Notes: generated by a model from the sequence alone, not told the origin. Shown: positions 9,524 through 19,551, numbered from the stretch's first letter. The stretch is DNA of 32,000 bases from Candidatus Heimdallarchaeota archaeon (GCA_030149205.1 JASBSB010000001.1:360001-392000), one strand, 5' to 3'. Made by a program: numbers and translations.

Positions 9524-10102
9524 GTGTTTGACAAAAAGTTAAGGGTGTTGAGAGACAAAATTCTGATCAAAATTGGTTTCTCTATTGACAAGCTTAACCC
9601 AAATATTATCACCCTAACAGGTTTATTTGTGGGAATAATAGGGATGGTTCTCTTAACACAGCATTACTATTTGCCAGCTTTATTGTTATTTATCCTAAAT
9701 CGACTCTTAGACGGGATTGATGGATATGTGGCCAAGGTTACCCTCAAAGAATCTGATATGGGAGCTCTTCTGGATATTTTTTCGGATTATATCATATATT
9801 TAGGGTTTCTTCTCTCAATAGCTTTCTTAAGCCAATCAAATTTTAGTGTACTTTTTTCTATTATAATAACATTGAGTCTCTATTGTTTGAATTTATTAGC
9901 GTGGAGTTTTCCACAAATCATTAAAGGAAGAGATAATCCTATTCAGGTATATTCAAGTGGGTTAATTGAGGGTTTCGAAACTGTTGTTGTATATATTATC
10001 TTGATTTCCTTTCCAAGTTATTGGCTTTTAACAATTAATATATTTAATGTTCTTCTCATCTTTACTATAATTATACGATTAACTAATTTTAATAAAAATT
10101 GA
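9524..10102 (+). CDS. CDP-alcohol phosphatidyltransferase family protein (YnjF-like)
   Basis: Signature 'LDGIDGYVAK...GALLDIFSD', N-terminal 'PNIITL', 'GLIEGFET' motif, about 6 TM. GTG start. Confidence 0.88.
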   Translation: MFDKKLRVLRDKILIKIGFSIDKLNPNIITLTGLFVGIIGMVLLTQHYYLPALLLFILNRLLDGIDGYVAKVTLKESDMGALLDIFSDYIIYLGFLLSIAFLSQSNFSVLFSIIITLSLYCLNLLAWSFPQIIKGRDNPIQVYSSGLIEGFETVVVYIILISFPSYWLLTINIFNVLLIFTIIIRLTNFNKN

Positions 10103-10138
10103 TATATAATAAACTAATTTGTTATATAATAGTTAAGG

Positions 10139-10146
10139 TTTTTATA
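10139..10146 (+). promoter_or_regulatory. Putative archaeal TATA box for the MerT-like gene
   Basis: TTTTTATA ending 22 nt before ATG 10168, the spacing expected for a leaderless transcript. Confidence 0.35.
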
Positions 10147-10167
10147 TTCTAGCCTTAACAAGATATC

Positions 10168-10560
10168 ATGGAAAAGACAATAGGTATGCACCTTAAGGAA
10201 TTAAGAGGAATCATCTCCCTCTCTGCTTTTCTCGCTGGGTTGTGTTGTTTTACCCCAATAGTCCTCGTGTTATTGACTGTTAGCTCTGTATCATTTGCTG
10301 CATCTCTATCTGACACATTATACTATGGCTATGCATGGGCATTTAGAGGGTTAGGGTTAGCTAGTCTCTTAATCGGGCTTTTTTATTATTTTTACAAAAA
10401 AGAAAATATCTGTACCTTAGATGAAGCAAAAAGACAGAGAACAAAGATAATAAATATTACTTCTCTGGTTGTTTTAATTGGAATCGCGGCATATATTATT
10501 TGGCTTTATGTCATAGTTGAGTGGATAGGTGTTTTGCTGGGAATTTGGTCATGGTATTAG
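10168..10560 (+). CDS. MerT-like small heavy-metal transporter family protein
   Basis: Cys pair in the first TM ('FLAGLCCFTPIVL'), 3 TM, and a loop Cys ('ENICTL'), as in MerT. Confidence 0.6.
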   Translation: MEKTIGMHLKELRGIISLSAFLAGLCCFTPIVLVLLTVSSVSFAASLSDTLYYGYAWAFRGLGLASLLIGLFYYFYKKENICTLDEAKRQRTKIINITSLVVLIGIAAYIIWLYVIVEWIGVLLGIWSWY

Positions 10561-11057
10561 ATTACTGTACAGTTTAGTTTTGGATATTTGTAGCCACTAA
10601 TAAATTTGAACAAATTTTGAACTCTGTTTTCGTTCACCCGAAGATCACTGTTACCTAAACGAGACTGACTCTGAACCCAAAAACTTGATCTGGAATTATT
10701 ACAAAATAGGTAAATGTAAAGATCATCAGCAAATCTAAAAAATGAGCTCAAAAATTTTGCGTGTATAAATGTATCATTTGAAAAGAGAACAGTCCCTCGA
10801 GGTTGGTTTTTTATCCATTCAATCAAAGATGAATGAACATAATTGATTGAAGTGTTGATCAGTAAGGGCTTTAGACCGTCTCCTCTGACATTTATTTCTG
10901 CAACTCTTGTACAGTTTGGTGTGTTTGGACAATTTTGCGGAAATTTATTAGGTGGATCAGGTGAGATAACATAAATTATACCTAATGAAAGTAAATAAAT
11001 TAATCCTAGAATTACTAACCCAATTATTCCTTTTTTGAAATATTTCGTGAGGGTCAT
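10557..11057 (-). CDS. DUF1499 domain protein with an N-terminal membrane anchor
   Basis: 'CPNTPNC', 'FIHAKFLSSFFRFADDL' and 'SQSRLGNSDLRVNENRV' are characteristic DUF1499 motifs. Confidence 0.88.
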   Translation of the reverse strand: MTLTKYFKKGIIGLVILGLIYLLSLGIIYVISPDPPNKFPQNCPNTPNCTRVAEINVRGDGLKPLLINTSINYVHSSLIEWIKNQPRGTVLFSNDTFIHAKFLSSFFRFADDLYIYLFCNNSRSSFWVQSQSRLGNSDLRVNENRVQNLFKFISGYKYPKLNCTVI

Positions 11058-11058
11058 C

Positions 11059-13371
11059 TTAATCGAATATTAAATTATGTTCGTATTCAGACCATATCCA
11101 CAGAGGTAGTTCACTACTTAAAGAGGTATTAACCCTTATTGGGTAAGATATATCAAGATGAACCTCCTTTAGAGATTTCATTGGAACTAAACAACTGATA
11201 TCTAGTTCTTCTACCTCAATATCTGTTAAATCTACAAACTCTAGAGAAAGTACCCCCAAAGGATTAAGATTTAATTGTGTAATTCTATTTTTTGAACAGG
11301 AGAAATATTTTAAGGTCAAAATTGTCTGAAGTGGAGTCAAATCTAAGCTTTCTATGAAATTATCAGAAATATCTAATAAAATAAGATTTTGCAAATTTGT
11401 AAGCGGACTAAGGTCAATGTTTTCAATTAAGTTTCCATTCAAGTAAAAATACTGCAGTTTTGTGAACTGTGAAAATTGGTTGACTTCTAAGTCCTGGAGG
11501 TTGTTTTCACTTAAAATTAAAAGTTGTAATTCAGAACGATCTTTGTCAACTGGAAAGTTTATTTGTGATAATTTGTTTTGCTGTAGTTCTAACTCCTCTA
11601 ATTCTCTAATTGGCAAATTTTCTAAATTTATATATTGCAGTTGGTTAGATGAAAGGTTTAACTTCTTTAAACCTTTTGAATATCTTAAAAAATCAGCATC
11701 AAAATCTTCGAGAAGGTTTTTGCTCAAATTAATAACCTCAAGATTTGTGAATATGTGAGACTCAAGAATATAACAGTCTACGAAGACATTATCTGAAAGG
11801 TCAAGTTCTCTGAGTCCTCCATTTATGAGACAGTGAGGTATTGTATTTAATAGATTATTTTGAAGATATAATTTCTTAAGCCCATTAAACTGTCTTTCAA
11901 AGACATTAATCTCATCCAATTTATTATTTGCAAGGTTCAAAACCTCTAGATCATCTGAATTACCTAATGGTTCAAGATTAAATTGTTTCAGTTCATTATT
12001 AGATAAGTCTAACGTATTAAGTGATATCGAAAAATGGGGGAGTTCGATTTCCTGAAACTCATTTTGACTTAGATCAAAATATTCCAAACTTTGAGTGTTT
12101 AGACTTTTAAGAGAGCAAACCATTAGTTTGTTATTTGACAAATTCACAGATCTTAGTTTGTGATGGTGTTCGAACCCAGAGAAATCTATAGTCTCAAGAT
12201 AATTTGAGGAAAGATCTAAAAATGAAAGCTCAGTAAGTTCTATAAGAGGAGATAAGTCCAAATGTTTTAATTTATTACTCTTAACATCTAACAGTTTTAG
12301 ATTATTACAATTTACCAGGGGATCCAATGATAAATCTGAAATTGAGTTATAACTCAAATTCAATTCTTCAAGGTTTTTAAATTCTTCCAAAAAGGTCAAA
12401 TTTAACTCACTGAGGGTGTTGTTCGATAAGTCGATAAATTTCATGGAATTTGGGATACATGAAAGAATTTCACTAATTTTAGCCGGTTGAATTCCACTTA
12501 GGTTAATTCTTTCTAATTGAGACCACTTTTTCAACAATTTCCAGTTAAAACTTAATTTATCGTTATATGAAATATCAAAGTCCAGAATATTTGGGAGCAG
12601 GTCAAAAAAATTTTCAGACAGTTTCTCTAGGTTGTTGTGGTCTAGGTAAATTGATGTTAAATGTTCCAGATTTTTTGATGGGGCTTTGACCTCTCTGATT
12701 CTATTTTCTCCCAAATTGAGATAGGTAAAATTATTCATGTCAGTGAAATTATCTAATGAAAACTCTTCGATCATATTGTTATTTAGTATCAAATTTTCCA
12801 AGTTTGGAAATTTTTCATTAATATTTGTCAAATTAAATTCTGAAAGATGATTGTAGGCAAGAGAAAGTATGCTCAAATTATGAGGCTCTGATTGGTTGCT
12901 TAAAGTAACAGTGTAAATTAAGTTGTTGTCCAGAATAAGATATTGCAGTTCTGGAAGATTACATTCCAATCCAGATAATTCTATATCACAGAGAGAGTTT
13001 GAATTAAGCCAAATTTCTTTTAGATTTGGTAACTTTAAATTTTGAATTGGAAATTTTGATAGGGAATTATTTCTGATAAACAGATATTCCAGTCCTTTTA
13101 ACATTGAAAGACTTTCAAAATTTATTTGATTCAACTCATTTCCATCTATTTTCAATGATTTTAAATTTGTAATATCCCTTAGTTTTTCAAATGGAATTGT
13201 TTTGAATGCATTATTTGAGAGATATAAAATTTCAAGTTCAGGCAGATACTGAAATTTATCAAATTCAAGAGATTTAATATTAAGGTCACTTAGGTCAAGC
13301 TTTAATATAGATTCATCGACCTCGAATTTAAAATATGTTTCATCAGCCATTTCTCCCTTAATTGTTATCAT
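11059..13371 (-). CDS. Leucine-rich repeat protein (roughly 28-30 repeats, no signal peptide or effector domain)
   Basis: LxxLxLxxNxL repeats over nearly all 770 aa, with recurring 'DLSPL/NLEPL' elements. Confidence 0.95.
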   Translation of the reverse strand: MITIKGEMADETYFKFEVDESILKLDLSDLNIKSLEFDKFQYLPELEILYLSNNAFKTIPFEKLRDITNLKSLKIDGNELNQINFESLSMLKGLEYLFIRNNSLSKFPIQNLKLPNLKEIWLNSNSLCDIELSGLECNLPELQYLILDNNLIYTVTLSNQSEPHNLSILSLAYNHLSEFNLTNINEKFPNLENLILNNNMIEEFSLDNFTDMNNFTYLNLGENRIREVKAPSKNLEHLTSIYLDHNNLEKLSENFFDLLPNILDFDISYNDKLSFNWKLLKKWSQLERINLSGIQPAKISEILSCIPNSMKFIDLSNNTLSELNLTFLEEFKNLEELNLSYNSISDLSLDPLVNCNNLKLLDVKSNKLKHLDLSPLIELTELSFLDLSSNYLETIDFSGFEHHHKLRSVNLSNNKLMVCSLKSLNTQSLEYFDLSQNEFQEIELPHFSISLNTLDLSNNELKQFNLEPLGNSDDLEVLNLANNKLDEINVFERQFNGLKKLYLQNNLLNTIPHCLINGGLRELDLSDNVFVDCYILESHIFTNLEVINLSKNLLEDFDADFLRYSKGLKKLNLSSNQLQYINLENLPIRELEELELQQNKLSQINFPVDKDRSELQLLILSENNLQDLEVNQFSQFTKLQYFYLNGNLIENIDLSPLTNLQNLILLDISDNFIESLDLTPLQTILTLKYFSCSKNRITQLNLNPLGVLSLEFVDLTDIEVEELDISCLVPMKSLKEVHLDISYPIRVNTSLSSELPLWIWSEYEHNLIFD

Positions 13372-13534
13372 TTTACACCAAACTTAATTTTTATTAATTT
13401 CACCATAAATAAAGAATTAATAAGCAATTTTTTTCCTATTGGACTACTTGTAAAATTGAATTCAGGAATTAATGTACCATATTCATTCCTAAGTGTTTCT
13501 TACGATAGAAAACTTGAAAGTAAAAGCCTAACTT

Positions 13535-15424
13535 TTATGATTTTCCAGCAGCAAGTTTCATTTGATGTTCAATCAAAGAGAAATATTTCCCCTTTGTTCG
13601 TACTAAATCTTCATGTGTTCCAGATTCCACAATTTCTCCATCTTCAATCACAAGAATTCTGTCAGCTTCACGAATTGTAGACAGCCGATGTGCAATAATG
13701 AATGAAGTTCGATTTTGAAGGAGATACTCTAAACTTTTTTGGATTTGAATCTCTGTAAACACATCAATATTTGCGGTTGCTTCATCTAATATCAAAATTT
13801 TGGGGTTGGCAAGCAGTGCAGAGGCAAATATCAATAGCTGTCTCTGACCAGTTGAAAGTCTACCACCTCGCTCTTGAAGAGGTGTTTTCAACTTGTCGGG
13901 TAACCTTTTCACAAACTCATCTAACCCGACTACATTTAGAACCTTCCACATCTGTTCTTCGGTCGCTTGAGGATTCCCGAGTTGTAAGTTATACTTAATG
14001 CTTCTTGAAAAAACATAAAAGTCCTGAGGAACGGAGACGACTTCATCCCTTATTGAATCCAAATTATAATCACGAACCTCATACTCGTCCAAATAGAGAT
14101 TCCCCTTCTGGAACTCGTACAACCTTGAGAGAATATTTATTATGGTCGTTTTACCTGCTCCAGTATGTCCAACAATAGCAATTGTCTGGTTTGCTGGAAC
14201 TTGAAGATTAAAGTCGTCGTAAATCGGATTCCCTTTCTCATATTTAAATGTCAGATGGTCAAAGGTTACATCCCCTTTTAGGGCTGGAATTGCTGGGAAC
14301 TCTGAATTTCTGGGTACTTTTGTTTTTGTTTCAAACAATGCCAGAACTCGCTCAGCTCCTGTTAATGCATCCTGCAGCTGTTGGTAAAGATTTCCTAAAA
14401 TAACAACAGGTCTAAACATGATAGTGTTGTAATTAATGAAAGCCACCAATAACCCTAGACTTAGTATGCCTGTCATAACTCTATAACCACCTACGAGCAT
14501 TATTACTGCAGTGGCAATTGATGAGAAATAAAGCATTGTGGGAAAGAAATACGCATTAATATCGATTGCATGTATGGTTGATCTTCTCCTTTGATCATTG
14601 ACAATTTGGAAACTCTTTATGTTAGCCTTTTCCTGCCCTAGACCCTTTGTAACCTTAATTCCAGCAATAGATTCTGCTAAAGTTGCCATCAATATCGAGT
14701 TATCCTTCCGAGACTCTTTTCTCCTTGGACGTGCCAGTTTTCTAGATCGCTGACCTAAGAAATATACAGGTATCATCAATGTTATTGAAATTAATGACAT
14801 GACCCAATCTAGCTGAACAATTACTACTAGAACGGCTAATAGTGTGATTAGATTTACGAAGTTTTGTACAATTGATCCCCCGATGAACTGTCGAATTGCT
14901 CCGACATCTGATGTAACCCTTGACATAATCCTACCCACTTCGTTCTTGTCATGATAACTCATATCCAGCTCCTGTAGGTGTGAAAATAGTTCATATTGTA
15001 ATTGAATCGCTGCTTTTATTGAAACTGTCCCTATAATAAAACGCTGTTTATATGAAGAATAGAATGTAATAAGTTGAGCTGATAGATATAGAACCCCGAT
15101 TAACAGAGAATAAATTATAATCGGTTCTAAGCTTGGAAATTGACCCTGAATAAAATTAAACATCGGATTGATAAATCCTTTATCTATCAAATCTACATTA
15201 AAGATTGGTCCAACTCCATTGTTTTGTAGAAATGTTATTGCAGCTGCAAGTATCAGTGGTCCAACCACTGTAGACGCAGAAAATAAGATCATATATAACA
15301 ATGTCACTAAAATTTCTCTTCGATATTGATTTGCATAACCAAACATGAACTTAATAAGTTCCAAGTCAGAATAACCAAAACTACCCCTTGCTGACTCTTT
15401 TTCAGCATCAGTATGTATACTCAC
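13535..15424 (-). CDS. Heterodimeric ABC exporter subunit (TMD+NBD; TM288/TmrA-like)
   Basis: Walker A GHTGAGKTT, non-canonical signature LSTGQ, Walker B ILILDE, H-switch IAHR, N-terminal TMD. Confidence 0.95.
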   Translation of the reverse strand: MSIHTDAEKESARGSFGYSDLELIKFMFGYANQYRREILVTLLYMILFSASTVVGPLILAAAITFLQNNGVGPIFNVDLIDKGFINPMFNFIQGQFPSLEPIIIYSLLIGVLYLSAQLITFYSSYKQRFIIGTVSIKAAIQLQYELFSHLQELDMSYHDKNEVGRIMSRVTSDVGAIRQFIGGSIVQNFVNLITLLAVLVVIVQLDWVMSLISITLMIPVYFLGQRSRKLARPRRKESRKDNSILMATLAESIAGIKVTKGLGQEKANIKSFQIVNDQRRRSTIHAIDINAYFFPTMLYFSSIATAVIMLVGGYRVMTGILSLGLLVAFINYNTIMFRPVVILGNLYQQLQDALTGAERVLALFETKTKVPRNSEFPAIPALKGDVTFDHLTFKYEKGNPIYDDFNLQVPANQTIAIVGHTGAGKTTIINILSRLYEFQKGNLYLDEYEVRDYNLDSIRDEVVSVPQDFYVFSRSIKYNLQLGNPQATEEQMWKVLNVVGLDEFVKRLPDKLKTPLQERGGRLSTGQRQLLIFASALLANPKILILDEATANIDVFTEIQIQKSLEYLLQNRTSFIIAHRLSTIREADRILVIEDGEIVESGTHEDLVRTKGKYFSLIEHQMKLAAGKS

Positions 15425-17211
15425 GTTCTATCCCCCTCATCCTTTAAGAGATACTCCTCTTTATTCCATGAAACTATATTTTGCATCTGATTATTAATGA
15501 CAGAGATGTATTTTTTATACAATCCATCTTGATCCATTAACTCCTGTTGGGAACCATCTTGGGTTAAAACTCCATCCTCTAATACCAACACCCTATCGAC
15601 ATACTTCAGACTAGATGGCCTCTGTGATATAATTATTACCGTTTTATCAGAATAGTTCTGACTTAGTTCCTTTTGGATTCTTCCTTCAGTCTCAGGATCT
15701 ACAGCACTAACAGAGTCATCAAAGATTAAAATTGGTGATTTTGTCATCAATGCTCGTGCAATTGCAACCCTTTGTCTTTGTCCTCCCGACAGTGTCACAC
15801 CCCTTTCACCAACAATTGTGTCATATCCTTGAGGTAACTTTATGATTGTATCATGAATCTGAGCGATCTTTGCCACTTTCACTACTTCTTCAAAACTCTC
15901 CTCGCGACTTCCGAACAAAATGTTGTCCTTTATTGACAGGGTGAACAGAAAGCTGTCTTGATGAATAATTGTAACTAGGTCTCTTACAGACTTTAATGAG
16001 AATTCTTTGATATTATGGTCGTCAAAATAAATGTCTCCAGAAATTGGGTCAAAGAACCTTGGGATTAAATTAATAAGAGTGGTCTTTCCAGATCCTGTCG
16101 GTCCAAGAATTGCTATCCTCTCACCTTTAGAAATTGAGAAGTTAACATCTTTTAGAACCATGAAATCATTATTCGGGTACTTAAATGAAACATGGTCAAA
16201 AGTTATGGAATAGTTTGAATGGGGGATCGTTAAACGACTCTCATCTTCTACAAGGTTCTTTTTAGATTGAAGTATTTCATTTAGTCTTCTTGCGGCTGTG
16301 TTCGCCATTTGAGCCTGGATTGCTAGATCACCTAAAAACCTCCCAGGAACCGCAATTTGCAAACCTAACAAGATAAATGCTACTAAATCCCCAATCGATA
16401 TAATACTGAATTGAACAAAGATAACACCGATTACTAGAATCAATAAAATAAGATTAGAAATTATAAATATCATTCCAGGTTGAAGAACAGATGTGACTTT
16501 AATCTCTTTAAATGCTGCATCATAGTAATCCTGAGCTTGTGTATTGAAATCTTCAATTTGTTCATTTTCTCTTCCAAATGATTTCACTGTTTTAATGCCT
16601 GAAAAGTTTTCTGCCAGCACCTCGTTTACTTTTCCCCATCTGAATCTGGTGGTATAGAAAACCTCAGCATTCTTTTTGGAGGAAACCGTTAGAAGCAATA
16701 AAATCAATGGAGCAGCTAATAAAAAGATCAAGCCTAAAACTGTAGATGATAACATGAGAGAAATCACAGTACCAATGAATAGAGAAATTGTCAATAACAA
16801 GATTCTATAACCCCACCCCAAAATATCTTGTAGTGAATACACCTCTTCTATTGTTCTTGCCATGATTTGTCCAATCGATTCTTTTGAATAAAATTCCAGG
16901 TCTTGATATTGAAGTGTATCATAAATATCTCTCCTGATGTCATATTGTATTTTTTGCGAAAATCTGTTGTTTTGATGACGAGCAAGAATATTTACGAGCC
17001 AATCCATAGACCCTAACCCAATAAGGTATAGAATGCCAAGAGCTAAAATAATGAGATTTTTAGATGGGATTCCAGTTACAATGATTTCTTTTATTGTAAG
17101 GGGGATTGCAGTTTCAAGTGCAGCAACGGATAATATAGAAAGTGAAATAATTGTAAACCTTAATTTTTGAGTCCGAATATAGGGCCAGATGAATTTTATG
17201 TAATTAAGCAT
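15421..17211 (-). CDS. Heterodimeric ABC exporter subunit (TMD+NBD; TM287/TmrB-like, degenerate site)
   Basis: Walker A GPTGSGKTT, signature LSGGQ, Walker B ILIFDD (E to D), switch ISQR (H to Q). Overlaps its partner by 4 nt. Confidence 0.95.
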   Translation of the reverse strand: MLNYIKFIWPYIRTQKLRFTIISLSILSVAALETAIPLTIKEIIVTGIPSKNLIILALGILYLIGLGSMDWLVNILARHQNNRFSQKIQYDIRRDIYDTLQYQDLEFYSKESIGQIMARTIEEVYSLQDILGWGYRILLLTISLFIGTVISLMLSSTVLGLIFLLAAPLILLLLTVSSKKNAEVFYTTRFRWGKVNEVLAENFSGIKTVKSFGRENEQIEDFNTQAQDYYDAAFKEIKVTSVLQPGMIFIISNLILLILVIGVIFVQFSIISIGDLVAFILLGLQIAVPGRFLGDLAIQAQMANTAARRLNEILQSKKNLVEDESRLTIPHSNYSITFDHVSFKYPNNDFMVLKDVNFSISKGERIAILGPTGSGKTTLINLIPRFFDPISGDIYFDDHNIKEFSLKSVRDLVTIIHQDSFLFTLSIKDNILFGSREESFEEVVKVAKIAQIHDTIIKLPQGYDTIVGERGVTLSGGQRQRVAIARALMTKSPILIFDDSVSAVDPETEGRIQKELSQNYSDKTVIIISQRPSSLKYVDRVLVLEDGVLTQDGSQQELMDQDGLYKKYISVINNQMQNIVSWNKEEYLLKDEGDRT

Positions 17212-17389
17212 ATTATCAACTTTCTACAGAAATAGGCTTACTCAAATTGACTGAATATATTCCTTTTGTAATCGATAAATCTAATACTTTATTTTTCTTC
17301 AAGAGAAACTACCTATTATTGGCTGGGGTATTTTCAAGTGTTCTTTTTTTAGACCGCGACTTTATTAGAGATTAAAATATATTAAAAAC

Positions 17390-18574
17390 ATGCAAGAAGA
17401 AATTGCAGTTGTTGGGGCTGGAGTAACAAAGTTCGGAAAAAGGTTTGATGTTTCATATCGAGAATTGATGGCTGAGGCTGCTTCTGAAGCTATAAATAGC
17501 ATGGACAGGCCCATCACACCAAATCAAATTCAAGGACTTTATGTTGCAGCCTCAATTCCTGAGTTGACTGTGGATCAAGCTCATGTGGCTAACCTCGCTG
17601 CTCAAGAGCTAGGTTTAGAACCAGAAATAATAGCTAGAGTTGAAATGGCATGTAGTTCTGGATCAACAGCTATAAGAAATGCCTGGGCTGCAATTAAGTC
17701 TGGTTTAATTGATACTGCCCTTGTAGTGGGTTTAGAAAAAATGTATGCAAACACTCAGGCTGCGAACCATGGGCTATGCATTGTCCCAGATGTAACATAT
17801 GAGGCAACAAATGGAATTACTGCCTATTCTGGATTTGCTTTAATTGCACAGGAACATATGAAATTATACGGGACAACAAGAGATCAACTATCTTCGGTTT
17901 CAGTTAAGAACCATTCAAACGGTGCGAAAAATCCTAAGGCTCAATTTTTTGAGAAGGGAGAAATTACACTTGAAGAGGCAAAATCTGCGAGAATGGTATC
18001 AGACCCTTTGAATTTATATGACTGCTCTCCAATAACGGATGGAGGAGCTGCTGTTATTCTAACTCGTGGATCATTAACAACAAAATTTTCAGAACAACCG
18101 GTTTGGATCAAAGGGTCTGGCCAAAGTGTTGAACCATCTCTAGGAGTTTCTAATATGAAATCCTTAACTGAATGGACTGCTTTGAAACGAGCTGCACAGA
18201 AAGCCTATCAAACATCAGGAATTTCTCCCTCAGACATTGACGTGGCTGAAGTCCATGATTGTTTTACAATTGCGGAAATTATTGAGTATGAGGACTTAGG
18301 ATTTACCGCTAAGGGAACTGGAGGTAAATTTATTGAAGATGGTGAATCAGCTCTTTCTGGCTCTCTTCCCGTTAACACTTCAGGAGGGTTAAAAGCAAAG
18401 GGACATCCAATAGGTGCAACCGGTGTTGCACAAGTTGTTGAGATCACTGAACAACTTCAGGGAAAATCAGGAAAACGACAAGTTGATGGAGCTAATATCG
18501 GCCTAACTCATAATCTGTCAGGATTTGCAACTCATCATGTGGTTCATATCCTTTCCAATGAGGAGGCAAAATAA
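17390..18574 (+). CDS. Thiolase, SCP2/archaeal type (acetyl-CoA C-acyltransferase)
   Basis: Nucleophile 'EMACSSG', 'EVHDCF', 'KGHPIGATG' and C-terminal 'THNLSG'. Confidence 0.95.
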   Translation: MQEEIAVVGAGVTKFGKRFDVSYRELMAEAASEAINSMDRPITPNQIQGLYVAASIPELTVDQAHVANLAAQELGLEPEIIARVEMACSSGSTAIRNAWAAIKSGLIDTALVVGLEKMYANTQAANHGLCIVPDVTYEATNGITAYSGFALIAQEHMKLYGTTRDQLSSVSVKNHSNGAKNPKAQFFEKGEITLEEAKSARMVSDPLNLYDCSPITDGGAAVILTRGSLTTKFSEQPVWIKGSGQSVEPSLGVSNMKSLTEWTALKRAAQKAYQTSGISPSDIDVAEVHDCFTIAEIIEYEDLGFTAKGTGGKFIEDGESALSGSLPVNTSGGLKAKGHPIGATGVAQVVEITEQLQGKSGKRQVDGANIGLTHNLSGFATHHVVHILSNEEAK

Positions 18575-18984
18575 TGGGATCCAATACAATAACACATCTA
18601 CCATACAAAATCGAGAAAGGAACCAAAATTCAAAAATTCTGGGATGAACTCAACAATGACAACTTAATGACAACTAAATGTAAAAATTGTTCCGAGTTAC
18701 ATTTCCCACCACGTACGTTGTGCCCAAAATGCTATTCTACTAAAACAGAATGGGTACAGCTTGGTTTAAGTGGTAAGGTTGAAAGTTTCACCTATGTTAG
18801 AACACCCCCCTTAGGGTTCGAAAACCCCTTCTATCTCTTAGTAGTGAGATTGGAAGATTTAGATAAACCCATAACAGGGAGATATGTTGGTGACAAGGAC
18901 ATTTATATTGGTAAAAAAGTAGTAGTTGCGTTTGAACAGATTGAGAAACAAAATTTTCTGGTATTCAAAGAACAAGTAGATTAG
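18574..18984 (+). CDS. DUF35 / ChsH2-like Zn-ribbon OB-fold protein, thiolase partner
   Basis: 'KCKNCSELHFPPRTLCPKC', 'GKVESFT', OB-fold C-terminus. TAATG overlap with the thiolase and SD GAGGAGG. Confidence 0.92.
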   Translation: MGSNTITHLPYKIEKGTKIQKFWDELNNDNLMTTKCKNCSELHFPPRTLCPKCYSTKTEWVQLGLSGKVESFTYVRTPPLGFENPFYLLVVRLEDLDKPITGRYVGDKDIYIGKKVVVAFEQIEKQNFLVFKEQVD

Positions 18985-19551
18985 TTAAGGAAAACTTTCA
19001 TCACTTGTCGCAGACGTTATCATTTCTTGTACCAACCAATCAAACATAGAATCTACGCCATCACCTGTCTTTGCCGAGGTTTCAAAATATGAAAGTGGAC
19101 TATTGTTTAATATTTCATCCAATAGGGCTCTTACACCATCTAGGTTAGCTTCATTAACAATTCTTTTTTCAATTAGGTCAATCTTATTACCAACAAGTGC
19201 AATAGGAACTTTCCTGTTTATTACAATCTTCAGGATATCTTCTAACCACCACAGGGTGTTTTCAATATCAATCTCACGTGTAACATCGAGTACTAAAACA
19301 CATCCGGCAACTCCAGTAGTATAAGATTTTCGGATCTCTCGAAACTCCGCATCCCCAGCTAGATCCCATATGACCAGTTCAGCATCATATGAATCAGATT
19401 TTAATTTAACTGTCTTAATTTCAACCCCTAAGGTTTTCAGGTACTTTTCGTTAAAACTCTCACCCGAAATCATCCTTCTTAAAGAGGTTTTACCAACTCC
19501 TTGGTCTCCAAGTAACACGATTTTAAAGGCGAAAGAATTCTCATCAAGCAA
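18985..19551 (-). CDS. Rab/Ras-like small GTPase
   Basis: G1 GDQGVGKT, G2 T in 'YLKTLG', G3 WDLAG, G4 NKID, G5 ETSAK. No C-terminal Cys motif. TTG start. Confidence 0.92.
   Translation of the reverse strand: MLDENSFAFKIVLLGDQGVGKTSLRRMISGESFNEKYLKTLGVEIKTVKLKSDSYDAELVIWDLAGDAEFREIRKSYTTGVAGCVLVLDVTREIDIENTLWWLEDILKIVINRKVPIALVGNKIDLIEKRIVNEANLDGVRALLDEILNNSPLSYFETSAKTGDGVDSMFDWLVQEMITSATSDESFP

Noticed and set aside
11462-11758. 98-aa + strand ORF
   Set aside because: Antisense shadow of the LRR gene.
13456-16213. Track ORFs 13456..13680, 13771..13998 and 16031..16213 (+)
   Set aside because: Antisense shadows of the ABC transporter genes.
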